NCBI GenBank assembly: GCA_913054375.1
Contig: CAJXIQ010000001.1
Coordinates: 1,200 to 65,199, forward strand
DNA from: an uncultured Bacteroidota bacterium
GTDB taxonomy: Bacteria > Bacteroidota > Bacteroidia > NS11-12g > UBA9320
Length of the DNA stretch: 64,000 bases
Reading direction: 5' to 3'
The notes beneath the pieces were generated by a model that saw nothing but the letters and a program-made list of their open reading frames with translations, was not told the origin of the DNA and did not search any database. The translations under genes and the position numbers were made by a program. How positions within the stretch are numbered: position 1 is the first letter of the stretch; the number at the start of each line of letters is the position of its first letter. This document shows, piece after piece, positions 19,901-28,277 of the stretch.

Positions 19901-19954
19901 TTAGAGGTCCAATACTTAGCAAAAATACCCTACGGAAAACTTGTCCAAGCCTGA
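16940..19954 (+). CDS. dnaE2: Error-prone DNA polymerase III alpha-like subunit (DnaE2/ImuC-type).
   Basis: It is about 1000 aa with a degenerate N-terminal PHP domain (MYLNCHTYYSF), a pol III alpha core, and a GRGSGANSLIAYLLRITNVDP motif. It lies 25 bp downstream of the Y-family polymerase gene. Confidence 0.8.
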   Translation: MYLNCHTYYSFKYGTMSPEELLYEADIAYRNTPLQPVSTVGAIALTDINSTSGCLYHALLCQKNNWPVIMGVDFRIGNKQQFIAIARDNEGFQNINFYLSEFLLQKKNAPCGTFPKAPILKNSYIVYPLKNVPDRPLRSNEYIGISHTDLFVFQAKGAHSSKTQIHNKYVALNTVTFRNKRDFNAHRLLRAIDKNALLSKLPTKEQGEIHHTFYSQKKILQLYCNYEYLLENTKNLLSHCRLHFDFNDKAKLANKKTFTQTQKQDYQLLEQLTKEGLVYRFGNAISQEIKERVAKELSTIKQCNFVPYFLINHNIVTYARKQGYFYVGRGSGANSLIAYLLRITNVDPIELDLYFERFINTSRKSPPDFDIDFSWRDRQDVTRYIFETFPNTALMGSFVTFQARSVIREIGKVLGLPADEIKNIQHTDKPQHLDHLGKLCILYSQYIHGFPNHLSIHSSGIVITERPIQYYGATNMPPKGFPTAHFDMHIAEDVGIYKYDILGQRGLGKIKDTIGIIKQNQPDADAFDIDDIARFKEDEKIKDLLRRGDTMGCFYVESPAMRALMRKLRVDNYRGLVAASSIIRPGVSNSGMMAEYIKRHRNKEARAATHPVLAKILHDTYGIMVYQEDVLKVAHHFAGLTLEESDVLRRGMSLKFRDRTEFKTVKKFFFNNCKAKGYHPVLTKEVWAQIESFASYAFAKGHSASYAVESYQSLFLKAYFPLEYMVATINNFGGFYRTEQYIQEARLKGAHIAEPCINHSNFDTTIAGKNIFIGFQHVAGLEGRVVDALLANREKNGLFDSLEDFTQRISVSLDQTVILIRINAFRFTHKTKHWLLWKAHFLLAAISKSSAHPSLFSQFNNTQKVTIPELDSMPHEDTMDEIAYLGFPMCSPFDLIDEDDKKSCIVSARFEQNLDKDITLLGYLVHTKRTKTKGRIEQEMFFGTWMDMDGQFFDSVHFPLIARRYKFKGRGVYLIKGRVTSDFGHYTLEVQYLAKIPYGKLVQA

Positions 19955-20106
19955 TGGTTTTGTTTGGGGGTTCTCTCTATGATTTTTTTAGGTGATTTGT
20001 GTGCTTACATTTCTTTGATCTACAAAACTTACGCTGAAACCTTATAGGTTCAGTGCTAATACTAAACTTAAATTTGGACTTGAACTAAGTTTTAAACTTG
20101 TGAGCA

Positions 20107-20114
20107 TACCTTTG
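20107..20114 (+). promoter_or_regulatory. Bacteroidota -7 promoter box TAccTTTG ending 5 nt before the era ATG (candidate leaderless transcript).
   Basis: The sequence matches the TAnnTTTG consensus exactly. The geometry TTTGcccTAATG places the predicted transcription start at or next to the start codon. Confidence 0.4.
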
Positions 20115-20119
20115 CCCTA

Positions 20120-21001
20120 ATGTTCAAATCAGCATTCATAACGATACTTGGTCTACCCAACGCAGGAAAGTCTACTTTTCTAAACGCAGCTTTGGGCGAA
20201 GATCTTGTGATTACCAACCCAAAGGCACAAACTACGCGTCACCGAATAAAAGGAATACTAAACGGAGAGGGGTACCAACTTGTATTTAGCGATACGCCTG
20301 GCATTATAGAAGAATCTGCTTATCGCCTCCAAGAGGCAATGATGGGCGCAGTGAACGAATCGCTTGAAGATGCAGATGCCGTGCTTCTGATCTTAGACGG
20401 GCAATATCCTAAAATAGAGCAGTTTGAAGCATATAAAAACAGAATAAAATGCCCGCTAGTTGTGGTCATGAATAAGGCAGATTTAGTGGCAAACCAAGAC
20501 AAGCTACAAGCAGATATTACCGTAGTTAAAGAATACTTAAGCACAGAACATGTATATGCGGCTAGTGCATTAGAAAATTTTAATATAGACGGTATTATAA
20601 AAACACTTGTTGGACTTGCTCCTGAACACCCTGCTTTTTATGATACAGACAGTATTAGCGATGAAAATGTTCGTTTTCTTGTAAGTGAAATGATACGTGA
20701 GCAAATTCTTACGCAGTTCAAAAAAGAAATACCCTACAGTGTAGAAGTAAATGTGACAGAGTACAACGAGAAAGAAAAACTAGACGAGATCTACGCAACA
20801 ATAAATGTAGAGCGAGATTCACAAAAAGGAATTTTACTTGGTCGAGGGGGTTCGGCAATTAAAAATCTCGGTATCGCTTCTCGAAAAAGAATAGAAGATT
20901 TCATTAAAAAGAAAATATTCCTGTCTCTCACCATAAAAGTGAAAAAGGACTGGCGTAGCGATGAGCAACAGTTGCAACGCTTTGGTTATCTTAAGAAATA
21001 A
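20120..21001 (+). CDS. era: GTPase Era.
   Basis: G1 GLPNAGKST, G2 TTRHR, DTPG and NKAD motifs are followed by a C-terminal KH domain. Confidence 0.9.
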   Translation: MFKSAFITILGLPNAGKSTFLNAALGEDLVITNPKAQTTRHRIKGILNGEGYQLVFSDTPGIIEESAYRLQEAMMGAVNESLEDADAVLLILDGQYPKIEQFEAYKNRIKCPLVVVMNKADLVANQDKLQADITVVKEYLSTEHVYAASALENFNIDGIIKTLVGLAPEHPAFYDTDSISDENVRFLVSEMIREQILTQFKKEIPYSVEVNVTEYNEKEKLDEIYATINVERDSQKGILLGRGGSAIKNLGIASRKRIEDFIKKKIFLSLTIKVKKDWRSDEQQLQRFGYLKK

Positions 21002-21128
21002 CTACGCGTATACTTTTAACCTACCTTTGCGGTGTCGTAAAGCATTATTCTTAGTAGGGTTTTTATACAAAATACGACACAGGCTGCGGATAGCAGAAAC
21101 ATAGCATTATTAAAAAAGACATTATAAA

Positions 21129-22433
21129 ATGGCAGGAATAGTAGCGATAGTTGGAAGACCCAACGTAGGAAAATCTACCCTTTTTAACAGACTAATAGGC
21201 GAGCGAAAAGCCATAGTGGACAACGTGAGTGGCGTAACGCGTGATAGGCATTACGGCAAAAGTGACTGGATCGGGAAAGAGTTTACGGTAATAGATACCG
21301 GTGGATACGTAAAAGACAGTACAGATATATTTGAGGCTCACATACGTGAACAAGTAGAATTAGCTATTGGGGAAGCAGATGTATTGCTCTTTATGGTAGA
21401 CTCTGTTCTAGACCCCAACGATCTAGATATTGCTTTCTTTAGAATCGTAAGAGAAAGCAACAAACCTTATCTTTTAGTAGCCAATAAGGCTGACAACGAT
21501 GAACGTATGTTTATGTCTAACTCCTATTACACTATGGGTGTAGATATGATATACCCCATATCTTCTCTTACGGGGAGTGGTACGGGTGAGTTGTTAGATG
21601 AATTAGTAAGCTTATTGCCAGAGGGAGACCTTGAGCTAGATGACGACATACCAAAAATTGCTTTTGTTGGTAGGCCAAATGCGGGTAAATCTACTATTTG
21701 CAACACGTTGCTTGGAGAGGAAAGAAATATTGTAACCGATGTGCCGGGTACCACACGAGACACCCTTTTTGTAAGATACAAAGCTTTCAATAATGACCTA
21801 TACCTTGTAGATACTGCTGGTGTGCGCAAGAAAAGTAAAGTAAGTGAAGATATAGAGTTTTACTCGGTAATGCGTAGCATACGAGCTATCGAAAATGTAG
21901 ATGTTGTGGCTCTGGTAGTAGATGCTACACGCGGTCTGGAAGCTCAAGATATGAATCTTTTTAGTCTTGCTCAAAAGAATGGAAAGGGAGTTGTCATAAT
22001 TATAAACAAATGGGACCTTGTTGAAAAAGACACCCACACCGCTAAAGAGTACGAAGCGTTAGTGAAGTCTAAAATTGCTCCATTTGTAGATGTACCTATT
22101 CTTTTTGTATCTGCACTTACTAAAAAAAGAGTACTTAAAGCACTCGATGAACTTATGAAAGTTCATGCCTCTATGAAAACACGATTAACCACATCTAAGC
22201 TAAACGACTTCTTCTTACCTATAATAGAGAGACAGCCGCCACCATCGCTAAAAGGAAAATACATAAAAATAAAATATGTAACACAACTACCAACACAGTG
22301 TCCCAGCTTTGCGTTCTTCTGTAACCTACCACAATATATAGGTGATAGTTACAAACGTTTCTTAGAAAATAAACTGCGAGCTAATTACGATTTTAGCGGT
22401 ATACCGGTGCGTATTTATTTCAGAAAAAAATAG
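21129..22433 (+). CDS. der: Ribosome-associated GTPase Der (EngA).
   Basis: There are two tandem GTPase domains (GRPNVGKSTLFN and GRPNAGKSTICN) plus a C-terminal KH-like domain. Confidence 0.9.
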   Translation: MAGIVAIVGRPNVGKSTLFNRLIGERKAIVDNVSGVTRDRHYGKSDWIGKEFTVIDTGGYVKDSTDIFEAHIREQVELAIGEADVLLFMVDSVLDPNDLDIAFFRIVRESNKPYLLVANKADNDERMFMSNSYYTMGVDMIYPISSLTGSGTGELLDELVSLLPEGDLELDDDIPKIAFVGRPNAGKSTICNTLLGEERNIVTDVPGTTRDTLFVRYKAFNNDLYLVDTAGVRKKSKVSEDIEFYSVMRSIRAIENVDVVALVVDATRGLEAQDMNLFSLAQKNGKGVVIIINKWDLVEKDTHTAKEYEALVKSKIAPFVDVPILFVSALTKKRVLKALDELMKVHASMKTRLTTSKLNDFFLPIIERQPPPSLKGKYIKIKYVTQLPTQCPSFAFFCNLPQYIGDSYKRFLENKLRANYDFSGIPVRIYFRKK

Positions 22434-22491
22434 TTGATAATATTATTTATATTCGCGGCTTAAATATTTAACAATTAAAATTTTACGTAAA

Positions 22492-22746
22492 ATGAAAAAA
22501 ATTATTGCTCTATTCGCTATTGTTTCTTTAGGTTTTGTAGCTTGTAACAACGCTGCTGAAACTAAAGATGCAGAAACAGAAAATGTTGAAGAAGCTGCAG
22601 CTGAGGCTGAAGCTATGGTTGACGAAACAGTTGACTCTACTGAAGCTACAGAAGAAGTGACTGAAGAAGCTACAGAAGAAGCTACAGAAGCTACTGAAGA
22701 AGTTGCTGAGGAAGCTGCTGAAGAAGCTACTGAAGAAGCTATGTAA
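22492..22746 (+). CDS. Small acidic low-complexity lipoprotein built from E/A/T repeats.
   Basis: MKKIIALFAIVSLGFVACNN has a lipobox. The mature part is almost entirely TEEATEEA-type repeats. The mirror ORF on the minus strand (22443-22787) is a low-complexity artefact. Confidence 0.6.
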   Translation: MKKIIALFAIVSLGFVACNNAAETKDAETENVEEAAAEAEAMVDETVDSTEATEEVTEEATEEATEATEEVAEEAAEEATEEAM

Positions 22747-22770
22747 TTAGCTGTTTTAGTTATTAAAAAA

Positions 22771-22797
22771 GGTTGCTCATAGAGCAACCTTTTTTTT
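22771..22797 (+). terminator. Rho-independent terminator.
   Basis: A GGTTGCTC-ata-GAGCAACC hairpin is followed by T8. Confidence 0.7.
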
Positions 22798-22839
22798 GTT
22801 ATAGTGTTTTTGTGCTTTTTGTATTCTTATTTTGCTTCT

Positions 22840-23016
22840 ATGAAATACGCCCTAGTGATATGTCTCGCATTTGCTTGTACACCTAAAAATAACAAATCAG
22901 AAGAAATTGAAAATAACGCTGTTCTTTCTTCTGAAATAGAAGCTGTAGATGTTATGTTACAAAAAGATCAACAACGCATTGACTCTATGGAACGTGCCTT
23001 GTTTAATCAAAATTAA
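22840..23016 (+). CDS. Small hypothetical lipoprotein (~58 aa).
   Basis: MKYALVICLAFACTPKNN has a lipobox. This is a short ORF, and the start is taken at the ATG at 22840 rather than the upstream GTG. Confidence 0.35.
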   Translation: MKYALVICLAFACTPKNNKSEEIENNAVLSSEIEAVDVMLQKDQQRIDSMERALFNQN

Positions 23017-23044
23017 AATAAGTAAACTTAAAACCTCTATCTGT

Positions 23045-24052
23045 TTATAGGTTTACAAACTGATCTAAAAATCGCTTGTCACTATTAAAAAAAGTACGTA
23101 AATCTTTTACACCATATTTAAGCATTGCTATTCGATCTACACCAAGACCAAAAGCAAAACCACTGTATTCTTTACTATCAATATTACAATTTTCTAAAAC
23201 ATTAGGATCCACCATTCCGCACCCTAGTATTTCTAACCATCCAGTTCCTTTAGTTAATCTGGCGTCTGATTCTGTTTCAATACCTAGATAAATATCCATT
23301 TCTGCACTTGGTTCTGTAAATGGAAAATAAGAAGCTCTAAACCTAACCCTTGTATTCGCCCCAAAAAATTCTTGAACGAAATTATATAGTGTTTGTTTTA
23401 GATCTGAGAAAGAAACTCCTTTATCAATATATAAACCCTCAACTTGGTGAAAAAAACAGTTAGAACGGGCTGAAATAGCCTCGTTTCTATAAACCCGGCC
23501 CGGCATTATACTTCTTATTGGTAATTCACCTTTTTCCATTAATCTTACCTGTACTGATGATGTATGTGTTCTAAGCGCAATATCTTCTCCTACAAAAAAA
23601 GTATCCTGCATATCACGGGCTGGGTGATTGTACGGAAAATTTAATGCAGAAAAATTATGCCAGTCATCTTCCACTTCAGGACCAGTAGCAACTGAAAAAC
23701 CTAATCGCTCAAAAATTAAACTCATCTCATCTACTACAAAACTTATAGGATGCCTACTACCTAAATTCGAAAAATAGCCAGGTAAGTCTTGTTCTTCTAG
23801 TATTGAAGAATCATCGGTACTTAATTTTAATTGAGCTTCATTAAAAATTGCTTCTATTTTTTGTTTTGCAATATTTACCTCTTTACCCCAAATCTTTTTT
23901 TCCTCACCAACTAGTGATTTAAATTCTTGAAACAACTCATTCACTAATCCTTTTTTTACTAGAAACTTTAATCGGAAATTTTCCAATTCTTCTTTTGTAG
24001 TAATTGTGTGTTTCTTTGATTGCTGAATTAGATTATCTATTTGATCCTTCAT
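23045..24052 (-). CDS. pheS: Phenylalanine--tRNA ligase alpha subunit.
   Basis: The class II aaRS core is FRPSYFPFTEPSAEMDI..GCGMVDPNVL..GFAFGLGVDRIAML. The conserved N-terminus starts at MKDQIDN. Confidence 0.9.
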   Translation of the reverse strand: MKDQIDNLIQQSKKHTITTKEELENFRLKFLVKKGLVNELFQEFKSLVGEEKKIWGKEVNIAKQKIEAIFNEAQLKLSTDDSSILEEQDLPGYFSNLGSRHPISFVVDEMSLIFERLGFSVATGPEVEDDWHNFSALNFPYNHPARDMQDTFFVGEDIALRTHTSSVQVRLMEKGELPIRSIMPGRVYRNEAISARSNCFFHQVEGLYIDKGVSFSDLKQTLYNFVQEFFGANTRVRFRASYFPFTEPSAEMDIYLGIETESDARLTKGTGWLEILGCGMVDPNVLENCNIDSKEYSGFAFGLGVDRIAMLKYGVKDLRTFFNSDKRFLDQFVNL

Positions 24053-24469
24053 TTTCTCTGTTGCAAAGAAAAACAATCTGAACGTTTACCATCAATCAAA
24101 ACATTCCAAAATCACTCTATCCACTTTCTTATTTACTTTTAAAAAGAATTTATAAAGATATAATAGTAGTAATATAAGTGTCTGTGGATTCGGTGGTAAA
24201 TAAATTATGAATTACGGTTAATAACATGAAATTAACATACTAGTTAATTATATTCTATTACTAATGAATAAATTAACAAATTAGAGTACTAATGTTAATT
24301 AGACTTATACCATAGTTTTGTGGATAAAGCAATTGTGTATATAGATACAGTTTTATGTGTATGAAGACTGTGTTAAATTATCAGTTTCGTGTATATCATT
24401 TTTAAGAGGAATTATTTATGACTTATACCTACCTTATAACATACGGTGTTATTAAGTGTGTTGATAAAC

Positions 24470-25990
24470 CTATTTAATATTGATTATCAGATCTTTATCC
24501 CAATTTTGACGCAGTTCAAACTCTTTAGTTAGTGTTACAGATTCTGGAGGTGTTAAAGTGAACACATTTCCGGTGTCCCATATACCATTATTATTACTAT
24601 CGGAATAAATTATAACCTGGTAAGTAGATGGTTGTAATTTATTAAATGTCAATACTTTAGAACCATTAAACCGAGCCTTTTTTATAATTTTATTGTTGTT
24701 TAATATATGCAGAATGTAAGTTATATTACTAGTTGTATTAATAGTTAACTTTAGGTGTGTAAGGTCTTTGTTTTTATAGTTACAAGTTAACGTATCGCTA
24801 GTATTACTCTTTTTATAAATATCTGTAATTGCACCTGTTTTTAAGTGTATTATAGCATTATTATAATATGTGTTAGTATTAATATAAAAGGAAAATGTAT
24901 CGATAAAAGATACTGTAAAAGGAGAATTTATAGAGTCTAATAGAAGTTTTATTTTAGAAGTATCTAGTGATAATATAGGAGTTTTAGTTCGTACTAAAAG
25001 TTTCTTAGCTGATGACTGTATAGTGGGTTTAAGGGTGTATTTATATTTAGAAGGGGTTAGTATATTTTTAAAGTTAAAGGTGTCCGACGCTACAATAATA
25101 GATAATGGAAGCGTGTCTAATAGTTGGGTGTATATAATAGTAATAGTATCTTTTGTATGAGATAGATTAAACGATACTGGTTGTTTATTGAATAACGTTA
25201 AAAGGGTGTCAGTTATAAGCGGCTTATTTGATATAAACTGATAAACTCCGGGCGTTTTCTGTTCACGAAAATCTAGTTTAAAGTTATCGGTATTTTTATT
25301 AATAAAGACATATAAAGAGTCATTATTAGTAGTGTCTGTATGTCTTTTTTTAGGTATTGATATTAGTTCATTGTTTTCAAAATAAAGGTTGTTATTGTCA
25401 TCGCTCAGTGCTAAAGATGTAAACAGCTTGTTGGGTAAATTATGAAAAGAAAAAGCACCTGTTTTGTCAGTCCGTGTTAAGTAACTTGGTTTCACTTTAA
25501 GTAGTGTGGTGTCTGTATAATTATCGTAAAGATGCACATTACATTCAATACAGGGATCTTTGGTTATATAATTAATAACAACGCCATTATAGGCTGCAGA
25601 GTCTAGATAACTACCGGTTGAAAATATAAAGTTGTAATCAGAAAGCGGATTGTTTTCGTTGATGTCGGTTATCGCACCGTTAAATTGAAAAGTGTATGTA
25701 GTATTTGGTATAAGGTCGTCATTTAACTCAATAGATAGTCTTTTCTTTTTTACCGTGATTGTGGGGGGTTTACTTTGGTTTGGAGATATGAGTAACTTAT
25801 CAGCTGCTTGTTTCAGTTGTACATACTCGTTAAAATCAAAGTAAAATATAGTGGTAGTTACATGTGTAGCTGCACTATCAATAGAGGTGTTTATTACATC
25901 AGGAGGTAGCTCATCTTTATCCCCGCCAGATAAAGGTTGTATAGATGCACAACTTGCAAAGAGAAAAGAAAGGATAATAAAGTACTTCAT
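24470..25990 (-). CDS. Low-GC, N/T/S-rich lipoprotein with an N-terminal Ig-like (SbsA/Big_5-like) domain.
   Basis: MKYFIILSFLFASCAS has a lipobox. A DELPPDVINTSIDSAATHV..FYFDFNEYV Ig-like segment follows. GC is well below that of the flanks. Its ATG directly follows the mnmG stop (TAAATG). Confidence 0.6.
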   Translation of the reverse strand: MKYFIILSFLFASCASIQPLSGGDKDELPPDVINTSIDSAATHVTTTIFYFDFNEYVQLKQAADKLLISPNQSKPPTITVKKKRLSIELNDDLIPNTTYTFQFNGAITDINENNPLSDYNFIFSTGSYLDSAAYNGVVINYITKDPCIECNVHLYDNYTDTTLLKVKPSYLTRTDKTGAFSFHNLPNKLFTSLALSDDNNNLYFENNELISIPKKRHTDTTNNDSLYVFINKNTDNFKLDFREQKTPGVYQFISNKPLITDTLLTLFNKQPVSFNLSHTKDTITIIYTQLLDTLPLSIIVASDTFNFKNILTPSKYKYTLKPTIQSSAKKLLVRTKTPILSLDTSKIKLLLDSINSPFTVSFIDTFSFYINTNTYYNNAIIHLKTGAITDIYKKSNTSDTLTCNYKNKDLTHLKLTINTTSNITYILHILNNNKIIKKARFNGSKVLTFNKLQPSTYQVIIYSDSNNNGIWDTGNVFTLTPPESVTLTKEFELRQNWDKDLIINIK

Positions 25991-27844
25991 TTACCGGCCG
26001 AAATGTACTAATAATACAGATATATCAGCAGGACTTACACCGCTTATTCTAGAGGCTTGTCCAATATTTTCTGGTTTTATTTGGTTGAGTTTATCGCGGG
26101 CTTCCAAAGAAAGAGATTTAATGGTTTCGAAATCAAAAGTTTGATCAATTTTAAGTTTCTCTAATCGAATAAGTTTTTCTACGTTTTCTTGTTCGGTTTG
26201 TATGTATCCTCTATATTTTAGTTGAATTTCAGCTTGCTCTATTTCAGCATCATTAAAGTCTGATAGTAAGAGTTTTATAGAGTTTATCTCTAGTAATTGT
26301 TTATAGTTTATTTGTGGTCTTGAAAGTACTTTATCTATAAGGTAGTTTTGGGGTATTTCTGCCGTACCGTACTTAGTTAATATTGGATTTGCATCGTTTG
26401 GTGTGACTGTTTTTTTACTAATAATTTTATTTACAGACGATATGTTGTTTGCCTTATTTTGGAGAGTGTCAAACTCTGCTGAGCTTATTGTTCCAAGCTT
26501 TGCGGCCAGCGGCATAAGTCTCAGGTCTGCGTTATCTTGTCTTAACAGTATGCGATATTCCGCTCTGCTTGTAAACATTCTGTAGGGTTCTTTGGTGCCT
26601 TTGTTTACGAGGTCATCTATCAACACGCCAATGTATGCGTCGCTGCGGCGAAGAACGAAGGGTTCGCTATTGTTGATGTTGTTATGTGCGTTTATTCCAG
26701 CCATCAACCCTTGGCACGCTGCTTCTTCGTACCCTGTTGTTCCATTTATTTGACCTGCAAAGAATAGGTTTTTTATCCCTTTAGTTTCTAGGTTCAATTT
26801 TAGTTGTGTAGGATAAAAAAAGTCATATTCAATAGCGTATCCGGGTCTAAAAATTTTAGCGTTTTCAAATCCATTAATCTGTCTTAATGCTTTGTATTGA
26901 ATTTCTTGAGGTAGAGAAGTGCTAAATCCATTGATATAGGTTTCATAGGTGTTCCAACCTTCTGGTTCTACAAATATTTGATGGCGCGTACGTTCAGCAA
27001 ACCGATTTACTTTATCCTCTACAGAGGGGCAGTATCGAGGACCAACACCTTGTATAGCTCCGTTGAATAGGGGGCTATCGGCAAATGCGCTTCTTAGGGT
27101 ATCGTGTACTTGTTCGTTTGTATAGGTTATGTGACAAGAGTGTTGTTTCTGAATGGTGGTTGGTTTACGGAATGAAAAACATTGCGGGTCTTTATCTCCT
27201 GCTTGTTCTTCCATTTTGGAATAGTCAATAGTACGTCCATCTACACGTGGCGGTGTTCCGGTTTTCATACGCCCCGCCTCAAACCCTAACGACACTAGTT
27301 GCTCTGTAATACCATAGGAAGCTTTATCACCCATTCTGCCCCCTGTCATCTGTTTTCTACCAATATGTATTATGCCGTTCATAAAGGTTCCACTAGTAAG
27401 CACCACAGATTTGGCGCGGTAGGTGTTGCCAGATGTAGTTTCCACACCTACTACTGCATTTTTCTCTATAATCATTTGATTTACAGAGTCTTGTATAAAA
27501 TCGATGTTAAAGTTTTGCTCGAGCAACTCTCTCCATTTTAAGGAGAACATAGTTCTGTCGTTTTGTGATCTTGGGCTCCACATTGCTGGACCTTTGGATG
27601 TATTGAGCATGCGAAACTGCATCATACTATAGTCGGATACTATACCCGACAACCCTCCTAGTGCATCTATTTCGCGTACAATTTGTCCTTTTGCAACGCC
27701 ACCCATAGCCGGGTTGCATGACATTTTAGCGATAGTCTCCATATTCATGGTTACTAAAAGAACCTTGGATCCAAGCTTAGCGGCAATGTTTGCTGCTTCG
27801 CATCCAGCGTGCCCCGCTCCTACTACAATTAAATCGTATTCCAT
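25991..27844 (-). CDS. mnmG: tRNA uridine 5-carboxymethylaminomethyl modification enzyme MnmG (GidA).
   Basis: The FAD-binding N-terminus DLIVVGAGHAGCEAA is present, and the protein is conserved end to end. Confidence 0.92.
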   Translation of the reverse strand: MEYDLIVVGAGHAGCEAANIAAKLGSKVLLVTMNMETIAKMSCNPAMGGVAKGQIVREIDALGGLSGIVSDYSMMQFRMLNTSKGPAMWSPRSQNDRTMFSLKWRELLEQNFNIDFIQDSVNQMIIEKNAVVGVETTSGNTYRAKSVVLTSGTFMNGIIHIGRKQMTGGRMGDKASYGITEQLVSLGFEAGRMKTGTPPRVDGRTIDYSKMEEQAGDKDPQCFSFRKPTTIQKQHSCHITYTNEQVHDTLRSAFADSPLFNGAIQGVGPRYCPSVEDKVNRFAERTRHQIFVEPEGWNTYETYINGFSTSLPQEIQYKALRQINGFENAKIFRPGYAIEYDFFYPTQLKLNLETKGIKNLFFAGQINGTTGYEEAACQGLMAGINAHNNINNSEPFVLRRSDAYIGVLIDDLVNKGTKEPYRMFTSRAEYRILLRQDNADLRLMPLAAKLGTISSAEFDTLQNKANNISSVNKIISKKTVTPNDANPILTKYGTAEIPQNYLIDKVLSRPQINYKQLLEINSIKLLLSDFNDAEIEQAEIQLKYRGYIQTEQENVEKLIRLEKLKIDQTFDFETIKSLSLEARDKLNQIKPENIGQASRISGVSPADISVLLVHFGR

Positions 27845-27854
27845 ATTATTTGTT

Positions 27855-28277
27855 TCACGTGGAACAGTACTGGTCTAGTAATAGATTTTCTTGTTCTCTC
27901 ATCGTTATTTTTTGTTGCGGTGTGTGATCATTGAACCCAGCGAGGTGCAACATTCCGTGAAAACATACCCGGTATAGTTCATTCTCAGCTGTTTTTCCCT
28001 CAGTTGTGGCGTTTTCCACAACCCTTTCCCAACTAATTAAAACCTCGTTGTCTTCTATGTCTTCGTCTGCTTCGTAGTCAAAGGTGATAATGTCGGTGTA
28101 GTAATCGTGGTTCAATGAGGTTTTATTAACCTCCAATAGTTCCGCGTCACTGATCACGTAGTATATAACACCTTTCTTGAGGTTTAGTTGGCGGCTTACT
28201 TTTTGGAGTATTTCTACGCTGAGCGCAAGGCGCACCTCAGAGTAATCGGTTTGAATGGTTATACTATTTGATAACAT
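27855..28277 (-). CDS. ybeY: Endoribonuclease YbeY.
   Basis: The HGMLHLAGFNDH zinc-binding motif is present. Confidence 0.88.
   Translation of the reverse strand: MLSNSITIQTDYSEVRLALSVEILQKVSRQLNLKKGVIYYVISDAELLEVNKTSLNHDYYTDIITFDYEADEDIEDNEVLISWERVVENATTEGKTAENELYRVCFHGMLHLAGFNDHTPQQKITMREQENLLLDQYCST

Noticed and set aside
22443-22787. A 114-aa minus-strand ORF encoding S/A/V repeats.
   Set aside because: It is the exact antisense of the acidic-repeat lipoprotein gene. Low-complexity repeats keep the complementary frame open, and it has no signal, promoter or independent support.
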